Shown one piece after another: positions 25,001 through 34,262 of a DNA stretch of 64,000 nt. Each line of letters starts with the position of its first letter. Within the stretch, counting starts at the first letter, position 1. Both the position numbers and the translations under genes were made by a program. Source of the DNA: Phoronis australis. Taxonomy: Eukaryota; Animalia; Phoronida. The stretch covers positions 165,336 through 229,335 of the forward strand of contig NMRA01000275.1 in the NCBI GenBank assembly GCA_002633005.1, read 5' to 3'. The notes beneath the pieces were generated by a model. It was not told where the DNA came from and did no database searches. It saw only the letters and a list, made by a program, of their open reading frames with translations.

Positions 25001-28000
25001 GAATTTACACCACTACCCAGGGGCGGATCCAGGATTTTGAGTTGGTGGGGCAGGGCAACATATTAGCCAGGATTTTGTCCGTCAGACTTTCGCACCTCCG
25101 AAATGCCTAATGGAATCTGGGAGAATTTTAGGGGGGGAGTATGGCCCCCTTGGCCCCCCTCTAAATCCGCCACTGCCACCAGACTGCATGCACACCAACC
25201 ATGAAATACATGTACGGCTTCTACCGTTGAATACGGCTTCTACCGTGATATACGGATTGGCTCTACTTTCCCGTACATCACAGTTGAATACGTCACATAT
25301 ACAATGGCCATTTTCATATATATGGGATAAATATAGATTATTACATGGCGAAGTTGGTATTCCCCCGGTGTCTAGAGCCCGAGTGGATTTTGGAGAATTA
25401 TCGTTCGAGGGGCGTCAGGCTGGCCAGTTCCTTTGTCTCTCACACTCCCATTCATGCCAGATTGCCAATCAACTCCAATTCTTCCAAGTGATCTAGTACG
25501 TTGACACTTCAGGTATTTGACAATATCTTTGTTGTAAGTAACACAGCGGCTCGCTGGCTTTGCCATTTTCCTTCAGAGCGTGACCTATTTTCATGAACCT
25601 CATTCCGTTTCTTAGCTAAATGTCAATAACGCAATATTTCGCTAAAAGAACGCTCGACGCAATTCTGGTTATCTTGAATAAATCTTAGTATGATTTTTTA
25701 TTACGATTTACTTCCAATTTGGATCGTATCATTTTCTGCTTTGCCGCCCTCTGTTGGCGGCAGGATGATACAGGTGAAAGTGGTAAAAGTGCCTTCGCTT
25801 AAGTGTAAATTCGAGAATTAAAAAAGGTGCTGTCCACGGAAATAACGATATCTTGTCAAAGACGAGAGCTGTAGCTATCACTGTGTGGGTGGTGTGCGTT
25901 TTTTGCGCGCTTGAATTACATAGGCCTCTATATAGGTCTAAATGGGTAACTGTATTTGGCCCGTGGAGGCAAGGTATTCAAAAGTTCCTTAAAAATATCA
26001 AAATACGTCATTCTGAATTATTTTTGGCATTCTCAATTACAAAAAGAATAGTTGTGTATAACTCAATCAATTTTTTATTTTTTAAACGCCCACGAAGTGG
26101 TTTAATTCCCATGGAAACATAGGGCATTTTCAACGGCCGCGCACAAGGGGTTAGGCCATTTTTTCACCCGATTTAGTTGTTCGTTATATATTTACAAACA
26201 GACGAATGACAAAGCTAATTTTCATATTTTNTGGCCAGTTCCTTTGTCTCTCACACTCCCATTCGTGCCAGATTGCCAATCAACTCCAATTCTTCCAAGT
26301 GATCTAGTACGTTGACACTTTTCAGGTATTTGACAATATCTTTGTTGTAAGTAACACAGCGGCTCGCTGGCTTTGCCATTTTCCTTCAGAGCGTGACCTG
26401 TTTTCATGAACCTCATTCCGTTTCTTAGCTAAATGTCAATAACGCAATATTTCGCTAAAAGAACGCTCGACGCAATTCTGGTTATCTTGAATAAATCTTA
26501 GTATGATTTTTTATTACGATTTACTTCCAATCTGGATCGTATCATTTTCTGCTTTGCCGCCCTCTGTTGGCGGCAGGATGATACAGGTGAAAGTGGTGAA
26601 AGTGCCTTCGCTAAAGTGTAAATTCGAGAATTAAAAAAGGTGCTGTCCACGGAAATAACGATATCTTGTCAAAGACGAGAGCTGTAGCTATCACTGTGTG
26701 GGTGGTGTGCGTTTTTTGCGCTTGAATTACATAGGCCTCTATATAGGTCTAAATGGGTAACTGTATTTGGCCCGTGGAGGCAAGGTATTCAAAAGTTCCT
26801 TAAAAATATCAAAATACGTCATTCTGAATTATTTTTGGCATTCTCAATTACAAAAAGAATAGTTGTGTATAACTCAATCAATTTTTTATTTTTTAAACGC
26901 CCACGAAGTGGTTTAATTCCCATGGAAACATAGGGCATTTTCAACGGCCGCGCACAAGGGGTTAGGCCATTTTTTCACCCGATTTAGTTGTTCGTTATAT
27001 ATTTACAAACAGACGAATGACAAAGCTAATTTTCATATTTTTGTAGCTAATTCACCCCAAGTGATATATGTACTATATGAAATTTAAAATTCGTGACATG
27101 TCATGGTCCCATGATATTGCAAATTGACTGACATTCTCATGCAGTGACTCTTAAAGCTCCGAGAATTTTCAAACGAAAGATATCCCGTTCGAAATACCTG
27201 ATCGATAGTATTGTCAACAATATTTGAACGGGGCATTTTCTTTTTGTGGAGTGTTTGAAAGTGATTTTTAATGGATCCATTTCGCAAATGCATAGATAAC
27301 AGGCGACATAATGTGCAAGTTGTATAGCCAACGTATCTTGAGCAATTAGTGTTAGAACGAATACATTCGTTGTGAGGGCAAATGAACTGATAAATCAAGT
27401 CAGTTTTGGTCAACATTCAGACTGACTTTGTGCGCATTTTGTTTTTAAACACAAGATCTTTAGTTTTATGGTTTTGGTAATATATAATTAACGAAAGGCT
27501 ATCTTATGGTTTAATGATCTTAACATCGTTATGGATGATCCGTTTTAAAACTCTTTCATCTTCAATATAACGTGAATGGAATTGGTTGCGGTAGAATAGT
27601 TTCTTGGTACAACCACCTATTTGTTTTAAACACACAGGCTTGTGTAAGCAGCTTATGAAAAGCTTCATATTCTCATCAATAAACGTATAACTGTAACTGA
27701 TATTTATCATAATTTGATTGATGCGGTTACACTCAGTGTTAAAGGTTTCCCAATCTCAGCATGCATTATGCTCATTTCAAGAAACTCGTCAAAACAGAGA
27801 GCCTATATCTCAGAGGACATTTGCTGGTTTCGTGAAAACAAACCCCATTATATGTTGGCTTCCTATATACAGAGGTTTTAATGCCAGATTCATCATAATC
27901 AACAAGCCTCGGAATTTTGACGAAATGTCCAAGAAGTTTTGCCCATGTCATAAACATGAGACTCGTGTAAGATTCTCTATATGTGTTCGGATATAAGGCC

Positions 28001-31000
28001 TTATATTTGTGATGGTTGCTATGTTTTTTTTCTGAGAATGTGTCACTTTGTATATTAGGTGTTACGATATGAGTACAGTGTTGAGTGTTCAACGTGTGTC
28101 TTAACGCGATGTCATGTTTTATTTTACAGACGCTTTATGAATATTGGCCACTTCACGGTGATGATATGTTCGGTCCGTTTCACGTCGAAACTGTTCACTG
28201 GGATGATCTGGGAGACATTTCGATCAAAACATTTAAAGTTGTTGATGTCCAAAAGGTGTGAGTTTTGTCAATGCATTACTTGTGGTTGGGAGGTCTAAAA
28301 AGAGTTGCACCGTAGTTTCCATTTTCTCTTCTAGATAGGTCTGTGTTATGTGATGTCACGTGACATCAGTCTTTAAGTTAGTTTACTGCTGGTTCTCAAA
28401 CCTTCTACATTTGAGTGATCACCATGCCCACAGGCACTGCTTGCAGTGGTTGATTTTGCCGGCTCCGTCGGGTAAACTTGTAAAATCATCTGATCAGTTC
28501 TAGATCCCGATTTCCGGCTTATGTATTAATTAGAAATCGTAGCTGGTTCACCCATCGGAAATAGTGAAGTCAATCATGTGCAGCCAATGTCACACAAGCA
28601 TAACACTTAGTTTTGGTCAACCACGAGCGTTTTTTTTTCTCATCACTTTGAAAATTAAAAGCGTGTAATTGAAATCATTGAGCTGCACTGCTATTGAATA
28701 AACATTTTCGCAGAGAACTAAGAGACAAATTTGAAGTTTTGAAATGCGCCTACGCTTACATATCAGATCGCAGCTTAAGATAGTAAAATATCTCACCCAA
28801 TCACCTCGTTTTCGACATTCATACAACAAGCAGAATATGCACATTCTCAGCAGCAAAACCACGGTGGTGCAGCAATGAATTCCTTTCTACTGCGGCATCA
28901 GCGGCAACGAGGAAGCAGACAGACTCTCCAAGGCAGAAAGCAAACTGGAGCAGACGGCGCTCCCATCATCGTATAGAGAAGTAAACCCCTCCTACGAAGT
29001 CACTTTAGCATCGCCTGAAAATCTCTGCTCACACAGACGAGTGCCCATGTGGCACTGGCTCCGAGATACCTGAGCATTCACTGCTGAGCAGCCCTACCTT
29101 TGACACCCTAAGGGCCAGACATGGCCCAGTCTTGTGGAACTCAAAGTAAAACTGTGGGGCCCGACAGCATCATTGCGGCGAACCGCAGACTTTTCCCAGA
29201 AAACCAGAATAAACTGAAGAAGTTTTCGACATGGGGTTAGACTAATTTCAAAAACAGAACTCTAGATAGTTCTATGTGTTTTGAAAATTTAATAATATTG
29301 CTCCCTCTATTGGGAATAGTTGAAATTGCCATCGTCACAGATATACTTGCATACACACGTTCATTCCTTTGAAAACGACTGAGGAGGTTTTAAAAAATCT
29401 TGACTTAGGGTTAAATGGCTGAAATGCGTGGGCACAAGTGCATTAGAACGATTTCCATTATGTTTAGAATCACCAATGGTCCACCAATGCCGAAACCATT
29501 TCCAGGTGGTATCTAAAGAATTGATTGTTGGAAATTGTTGAAATTTGACGAATGATTACTTGATTTGAATGTAGATCGAGGCATAAGTTGATTTTCGGAT
29601 CGACTTGGCAACCTTAGCTGGTGCCCATTTCAAATTTCCATGAGATATTCCTTGTCAAAAAGCGTATCCGGATGATATCTAAAGAATGACGAAAGATGTT
29701 ATATGAATGTATGTGTGAATGTATGTGTGCATGCATGCAGCATGCATGTATATATTTATATTTGATTTTATTTGATGTTAGTTTATAAAAGTAAGGTGCC
29801 AGTTTTTTTTTTCAATCCAACTGATTCCAGCTACCTGGTGTGGTCAAACTAGTTTTAACAACTTGAAAATTGTTCCATTGTACCTTATCTGAAGCTGATA
29901 AGTAGGAACATGGCGTTTGCGCTGCACTATAGGCACATATCTAAGCTTAGTGTAATTACTACTGTTACATCCTGTAGGATGGGGTGGACTTCAAGGAGAT
30001 AAAACAGTACCAGGTGAAGAATTGGTTAAATGCGACGTCAGTGCCCTCTGTGGACACTCTTCTGAAGCTTCTTGGGCTTGTCAAGACATGGCAGCACAAG
30101 TCCGGAAACAACCCCATCGTCGTTCATTGCACGTGAGTCACCGCCCAGTTGCATGCATAGAGTGTACCGACCTTGTAATCGGCTTTTTAATTTTGTTTCA
30201 CAATCGGCAGTCTGTGACATGATGGCTGATTATTACTTCACTGTTCATAAACTAGCCACTGTCAATGTGCCGGTGCGGAATTATCCGATGAGTTACGGAT
30301 GGACAGCAATTGCTGGTTTATCACGGAAGGTTACAAATAAGTGAGTTATTGATGTCGTGACCTTTCGTGACAAATCGGTAATTTGTGTTTGGCACATTGG
30401 CAGTACGCAGCGGTTTTTTGGGAAGATTTTTGTGCTTTGACCGCGAATTTGTTGCAAACTCGCTGGAGCAGGACAAAGTAAATGCTATCAGAAGAAAGAA
30501 CAATTGTTCATGGTTTGTTGAGCCCCTGTCTTGTGTAAATTTATTAAGTTATGTGTTTGGTGTGGACGGCTGAAGTGAAGCACAGGTCGAAATTCCAAGT
30601 CCCGAGTGTCATTACCTGTGAGTATGATTGGATTGGAGACGAACAGAAGCTGAGGACGCCTGTGAGAAAAACAAGGTTTTGGATCCTTGAGATAGTGAGG
30701 TATTGCTAGATTATAAACAGGCAACAACTCACAGCGACACAGGCTCTGTTTGAATTTGTGTGTCGTATTTTGACCTATTCACGTATGACGACAATTATTC
30801 TTTGTGTACCTGATTTTGCAGAAATGGCTCTGACCGTACAGGTGTGTTCTGTGCAACTGCTACGTTGTGTGAGCAACTCGAAACCAGCCGTGTCGTCGAC
30901 GTCTTCCATACTTGTAAGCAGCTGAGAGTATTTCGACCACAATTCATCACCTGCCTGGTAAACGCTTTGTACTACCTTGAATCAGATTCTGTTTACACTG

Positions 31001-32288
31001 CCAACGATCTCCAAATAATCTGGGAGTTTTATTTCCAGCTATTTTCAAGATATTAACGGTCCCAATTCGTGTTGGTATGTCTTTTCCTTCTATAGCCTGA
31101 GGTGGTGTTTTTTTTAATACACGCCAACGATATGCCCTTACAAAAATGAACTTAAGTTTTTCGCTGAAAACTTAAGTTTTTGGCGAAAAAACTTAAGTTT
31201 TTGGAAAATAACTTAAGTTTTAGAGGAAAAACTTAAGTTCTTCCGAAAAACTTAAGTTTTTAAAAGAAACTTAAGTTTTTAAAACTTAAGTTTTTCGCCA
31301 AAAACTCAAGTTTTTCAGCACAATGTTGAGTTTTTCAGAAAACTTAAGTTTTTCAGAAAACTTAATTTTTTTCAGGTGTAAAACTTAAGTTTTCACAAAT
31401 AAACTTAAGTTTCAAGTAATAACTTAAGTTTTCATGAAAACTTAAGTTTTTTGAACTAACAAAACTTAAGTTTTTCTGATAACTTAAGTTTATCTCAAAA
31501 CTTAAGTTTTTGTAATTTTAAAAACTTAAGTTTTCCTGACTTCTTAAGTTTTTCAAAAAACTGGATTCTTTCATGTGTGGAAAACTTGAATTTTCTAAAA
31601 ACTGTAAGGTTTCTATGTGATGAAAATTTACGTTTTCAAGTTTTTAAAATTTGAATGTAGTGGCCTTTGCCGTGGCATGATAATGTAAGAAGTGAGTGCA
31701 GAAAGCCAGTGATCAAGAACATAGTTGAGTGGACACTTCCCCCAACTTCTTAAACTACTTTCAGGGGATGTGGTGATAACATTTCTCAAGTCTCCTGGTC
31801 TATCTACAGCAACCTCTGACCTATTGGCACGGCGTTTTGGTCGTCCATTTCTGCGGTCATCTTCAAGTGCTACAGATTTTTTAGAAGAACGAGCACGGGT
31901 ATCTGGTACAGTTTTGATGGGAAATTGAAACAGGTTTTTTTTCTGGATGATGGCAGCGTTTGAACCTGAGACAGTTTGGCTGTTTGTCTATCACTTCTAC
32001 CGCAAGGGTCATTGTAGAATCCATAGTGCTTGTTCTTCTAAGAATGATGTAACACCAGACAGTGGCTGGAGAAATGACCCACCGAAACATTGTGCCAATG
32101 TAAGTAGGTTGATGTAAAGACACCAAGAGAATTTAGAGATGAAGATACTTCCACTAATGTACAGACACTTCTGTCTGTTTGTACTTATCAAATTTCCCAG
32201 GTAGGCTTTCACTGGTTGGTGTTGTTTGTTATTTGTGAACATATACACATCGGCAAACACGCGCACCTTCCCACACACGCACACGCAT

Positions 32289-32339
<51 letters not shown>

Positions 32340-32526
32340 CATATATCTGGAGAAAATCATATTTTTCCCGATTATTTCTGAATTGTCAGAAGTTGGCTAT
32401 ACATTGCAAGCATGCTAGGTGTCAGGGTTGTTTTACTAGTCTTCCTAAAATTTATGTTTTATTTTTCAGGAGCAGTACTCATTTTGTTACCAGCTAGCGG
32501 TGGAGTTTGTTACTGAACTGTGCTAG
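910..32526 (+). CDS. Receptor-type protein tyrosine phosphatase (R2A/R2B-like architecture: FN3-like region, TM, D1+D2), 5'-incomplete; predicted pseudophosphatase
   Basis: Exons joined by hand, all AG/GT and phase-consistent: 910-1006, 1976-2267, 2671-2837, 3110-3204, 5276-5412, 5641-5728, 7426-7539, 8760-8854, 9544-9660, 10280-10428, 13632-13767 (duplicate at 11243-11378), 14206-14358, 16664-16760, 17700-17770, 18169-18300, 28130-28255, 29978-30132, 30822-30957, 32470-32526 (TAG). PTP motifs: [53 protein letters not shown]. Confidence 0.93.
1976..2267 (+). CDS. RPTP exon, membrane-proximal ectodomain with RNKR furin-type site
   Basis: tttag/gtgagt boundaries; GYYIVV...RNKR...FYVTAKL...[17 protein letters not shown] resembles the LAR/PTPkappa juxtamembrane motif. 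Confidence 0.9.
2671..2837 (+). CDS. RPTP exon, transmembrane helix
   Basis: ctcag/gtactg boundaries; [24 protein letters not shown] followed by basic RRKR in the next exon. Confidence 0.9.
3110..3204 (+). CDS. RPTP exon, cytoplasmic juxtamembrane ([14 protein letters not shown]...)
   Basis: ttgtag/gtaagt boundaries, phase-consistent, stop-transfer basic cluster. Confidence 0.8.
3235..4365 (+). mobile_element. Degenerate Helentron/DINE-1-like element (family A), 3'-truncated
   Basis: 5' palindrome cacccacat...atgtgggtg followed by ~145-bp ccctagtggc-anchored units homologous to 20601-22362. Confidence 0.6.
4370..4639 (-). repeat. 48-bp tandem repeat (~5.5 units) with an open 16-aa-periodic frame on the minus strand
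   Basis: Units read [IV][TSN]LLNHDxxIEGxxxx with no indels. Confidence 0.85.
4640..4800. mobile_element. MITE (CAxxGGCGGATCC...AATCCGCCxCTG termini)
   Basis: Terminal inverted repeats and ATCAG duplicated on both flanks; related copies at 25018-25175, ~35326-35447, 35870-36709, 22716-22786 and partial 2484-2535. Confidence 0.7.
5276..5412 (+). CDS. RPTP exon preceding D1 ([27 protein letters not shown])
   Basis: ttcag/gtaagt boundaries; matches the pre-wedge FxEEF motif. Confidence 0.88.
5641..5728 (+). CDS. RPTP D1 exon (wedge; KNRY motif replaced by KNSC)
   Basis: ctcag/gtaagt boundaries; [29 protein letters not shown]. Confidence 0.85.
5800..7025 (+). mobile_element. Degenerate family A Helentron/DINE-1-like element
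   Basis: ccctagtg-anchored units and 3' hairpin caacgctttgcgttg near 7002; 5' boundary approximate. Confidence 0.55.
7426..7539 (+). CDS. RPTP D1 exon (DQSRVVL...[22 protein letters not shown])
   Basis: ttcag/gtaaat boundaries; PTP motifs 2-4. Confidence 0.92.
8760..8854 (+). CDS. RPTP D1 exon ([25 protein letters not shown])
   Basis: gacag/gtatct boundaries; PTP motifs 5-6. Confidence 0.93.
9544..9660 (+). CDS. RPTP D1 exon (KCEQYWP...)
   Basis: cccag/gtgagc boundaries; PTP motif 7. Confidence 0.93.
9723..9994. repeat. 31-bp minisatellite, ~8.8 copies
   Basis: Unit tgagcctgtattgatataggccactgtcata. Confidence 0.95.
10280..10428 (+). CDS. RPTP D1 exon (WTD loop, GPIVVHC)
   Basis: tatag/gtacta boundaries; [10 protein letters not shown]...GPIVVHCS. 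Confidence 0.93.
11243..11378 (+). CDS. RPTP D1 P-loop exon, first copy (duplicated segment)
   Basis: [18 protein letters not shown]...RIGMVQTQ; same protein as 13632-13767, and the two differences seen are silent. Confidence 0.7.
13632..13767 (+). CDS. RPTP D1 P-loop exon, second copy
   Basis: ttgtag/gttcgt boundaries; followed by the intact next exon at 14206. Confidence 0.88.
14206..14358 (+). CDS. RPTP exon, D1 Q-loop end and D1-D2 linker ([19 protein letters not shown]...LLQEQFK)
   Basis: tttag/gtattg boundaries; a gap-truncated copy lies at 11818-11916. Confidence 0.92.
16664..16760 (+). CDS. RPTP D2 exon ([13 protein letters not shown])
   Basis: ttttag/gtaagt boundaries; KNR motif. 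Confidence 0.9.
17700..17770 (+). CDS. RPTP D2 exon (DQNRVVL...SDYINATYV)
   Basis: gacag/gtaagt boundaries; DYINA motif. Confidence 0.92.
18169..18300 (+). CDS. RPTP D2 exon ([19 protein letters not shown])
   Basis: cacag/gtaata boundaries; PTP motifs 4-6. Confidence 0.92.
18580..18835 (-). mobile_element. CR1/L2-like LINE 3' RT-tail fragment
   Basis: [21 protein letters not shown] motif typical of LINE ORF2 C-termini. Confidence 0.55.
18930..19640. mobile_element. Two adjacent related non-autonomous DNA-transposon fragments (PIF/Harbinger-like)
   Basis: Repeated block aggcctttt...ccccttcg..acagctcgtct...gctaaaa; catgtgaacctagcct terminus at 19261. Confidence 0.4.
19855..19945. repeat. Compound (CA)n(CG)n(CA)n(TA)n microsatellite
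   Basis: Seen directly; similar CA-rich tracts at 32270-32346 and 40495-40565. Confidence 0.95.
20601..22362 (+). mobile_element. Complete Helentron/DINE-1-like non-autonomous element (family A) with internal higher-order satellite
   Basis: tttttATGCGCCCACatatttatatGTGGACGCA palindrome, (GTCC)n core, ~145-bp subunits in ABC order, 3' subTIR GTGGGCGAAT (22328), terminal hairpin acgctccgcgt, TT flanks. Confidence 0.8.
22363..24400 (-). mobile_element. Degenerate LINE ORF2 (APE endonuclease plus start of RT)
   Basis: ALWNVNS...[20 protein letters not shown]...[35 protein letters not shown]; multiple stops, frameshifts and nested insertions. Confidence 0.85.
25421..27041 (+). repeat. Tandem ~810-bp duplication flanking N26231
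   Basis: 25421-26230 is nearly identical to 26232-27041. Confidence 0.93.
27084..27960 (-). mobile_element. Penelope-like retroelement relic (RT thumb plus GIY-YIG endonuclease)
   Basis: [26 protein letters not shown] followed by LIYQFICP...[19 protein letters not shown]. Confidence 0.85.
28130..28255 (+). CDS. RPTP D2 exon ([18 protein letters not shown])
   Basis: ttacag/gtgtga boundaries; YWP motif; follows a ~9.8-kb TE-filled intron. Confidence 0.9.
28860..29215 (+). mobile_element. RNase H-bearing LINE 3' fragment, internally deleted
   Basis: [18 protein letters not shown] resembles the RNase H C-terminal motif; nucleotide homology to 39605-40010. Confidence 0.7.
29978..30132 (+). CDS. 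RPTP D2 exon ([10 protein letters not shown]...PIVVHC)
   Basis: ctgtag/gtgagt boundaries; WPD replaced by WLN. Confidence 0.92.
30822..30957 (+). CDS. RPTP D2 exon ([11 protein letters not shown]...[18 protein letters not shown])
   Basis: ttgcag/gtaaac boundaries; D2-type P-loop. Confidence 0.92.
31149..31596. repeat. Array of ~22 palindromic AAAACTTAAGTTTT units with short variable spacers
   Basis: Seen directly; period about 14-23 bp, degenerating toward the 3' end. Confidence 0.93.
32470..32526 (+). CDS. RPTP terminal coding exon ([18 protein letters not shown])
   Basis: ttcag acceptor; EQYxFCY motif; TAG stop. Confidence 0.92.
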   Translation, partial: EQYSFCYQLAVEFVTELC

Positions 32527-32794
32527 TCTTGTGACCACCTTTAAAATTTAACCAGTCTAACATGTTTGTCAGCGGATTGAAACTTTTTAATGTTGACAGA
32601 TTGGATCCTCGTTTTGGAATGTTTGGTGACAAGTGTAAACAAACTGCAGTTGTGTCGTTACCTTTAGTGTAAACCGAGTTGTGGAAGCTCACACTGCAAG
32701 TATACCATAAGTTAACTCATGAAATAATGTGTGTTTACAGCATGCTTCAGTCATAATGTCTTAAAATGCGTCTGTACCATCAGATCCGATTTCA

Positions 32795-34262
32795 TTTTTA
32801 TGCGACCACATGTATGTATGTGGGCGCAATATGCCGTTATACCTGTCCGTCCGTTCCGTCGATAGTGCGATGCTGTATCTTCGAAAGGTCTTCATGAATG
32901 TGCGTAAGATTTTGCGGTAATGTTTACATCATAGATGGGACGGCACGAGCGAATTTCGAACGTATTTGACTGTATCCGTGTGTGTTAGTGGCAATTTTAG
33001 TTTTTACATTTGTCTGTTATCTTCGGGTTCCTTGACCAATGTCAGATGGATTTGCCGTAGTTTACAAAACTAGTAGTCATTTCTACTGTTTTCTTTTTTT
33101 TTTCACGCCCACCACACTATTCGCCAAACTGCCCAGTTAAGAAACTCGAAAATGTGCTGAATGATGTTTCTGTGGAGAAGAGCAAGGTTGACTTTAAATT
33201 TCGGACAACGCTGACTACTGGAGCGGCCCCTAGTTGCAGTGTATTTTTTTCACCGGGTGTCAAATTTGGCAAGTACATTTCTATGAGCGAGACAACTACC
33301 GGTGTGCCCCCTAGTGGCAGTTGTATTTTTTGTGTTTCCCTCTTAGTCTTCGGAATTGCTTTATATATTTTCATCAAATTTGGTCAACAGTATTTTTATT
33401 GAGAAGGTGATGATTCCTTCTCATTTTTGGATAAAGTGGAGGTACTGTATACTACTTAGTCGCCATTGCTATAAATGTCAAGATGACTTTTGATGTCTGC
33501 CTCCGTCCATTCTAGGATGAAAATTGGCATATGTGTTCCTACTGGGAAGACCACGGCTGTCGATGATCTTCGAACGGATCCGACTGCTGTGGCACCCCTC
33601 TTGTGGCAATTTTGATTTTTGCCAGTAACTCATTATCCACCACATTCCTTGATGGATTTTTATGAAATGTGTTTCTATTCAGTGTACTTAAGAAGCTGGC
33701 GACAAATGATGAGTTTAGGATCGATCCGACTGGTCGTGTGCTCTTTACTGACCATTATTATTATTATTGAGTCATCCTCTCAATCGGCTAAAATGATCAA
33801 ATGATCAATGAGAAATTTTGGAAATGTTATTTTACCGACAACAGTACAACTGGCGTTGATTTTCGGTTGGTTCCGCTTTTGTGGCGCCCTCCCACTCTGG
33901 CAATTTTTTTCCTTTGCTTTTGTACCCACAGATGTATCTCCTTGCAGGATCTTTTGGAAATAGGCCAAGTGTATTCCTATGAACAGATCTCACTTTCTTT
34001 TCGACGTGTCACTGTTCTGAGCAGCGGCAATTATATTTTTTTCGTTTGCCTTTGCATCTTCAGCGTTCCTGAGCAGATTGTCATGACATTTGACGAATAG
34101 GGTTTTTATGAGGAAGACGACGATGTCTTCCTATTTTCGGATGGGTTCGACATATTCTGCATCACCTAGTGGACATTTCTTGACGCTAACAAACACTCCT
34201 AGAAGCATGCCGTTTGCCATGCACGTGGTGGGCACATGACAACGCTCTGCGTTGCTCTTGTG
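32795..34262 (+). mobile_element. Family A Helentron/DINE-1-like element, diverged full-length copy
   Basis: tttttatgcgaccacatgtatgtatgtgggcgca palindrome, gtccgtccg core, ccctagtggc units, 3' gtgggcacat plus caacgctctgcgttg hairpin. Confidence 0.75.

Noticed and set aside
25421-27041. 810-bp tandem duplication as a biological event
   Set aside because: The junction is exactly the N at 26231 and the copies are nearly identical, typical of unmerged contig overlap
31149-31596. CRISPR-like array of palindromic repeats
   Set aside because: Spacers are only about 0-9 bp and low complexity, there are no cas genes, and the context is a eukaryotic intron
31700-32240. Tc1/mariner transposase relic ([11 protein letters not shown] on the minus strand)
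   Set aside because: Only one short motif, with no DDE/D domain or TIRs recognisable
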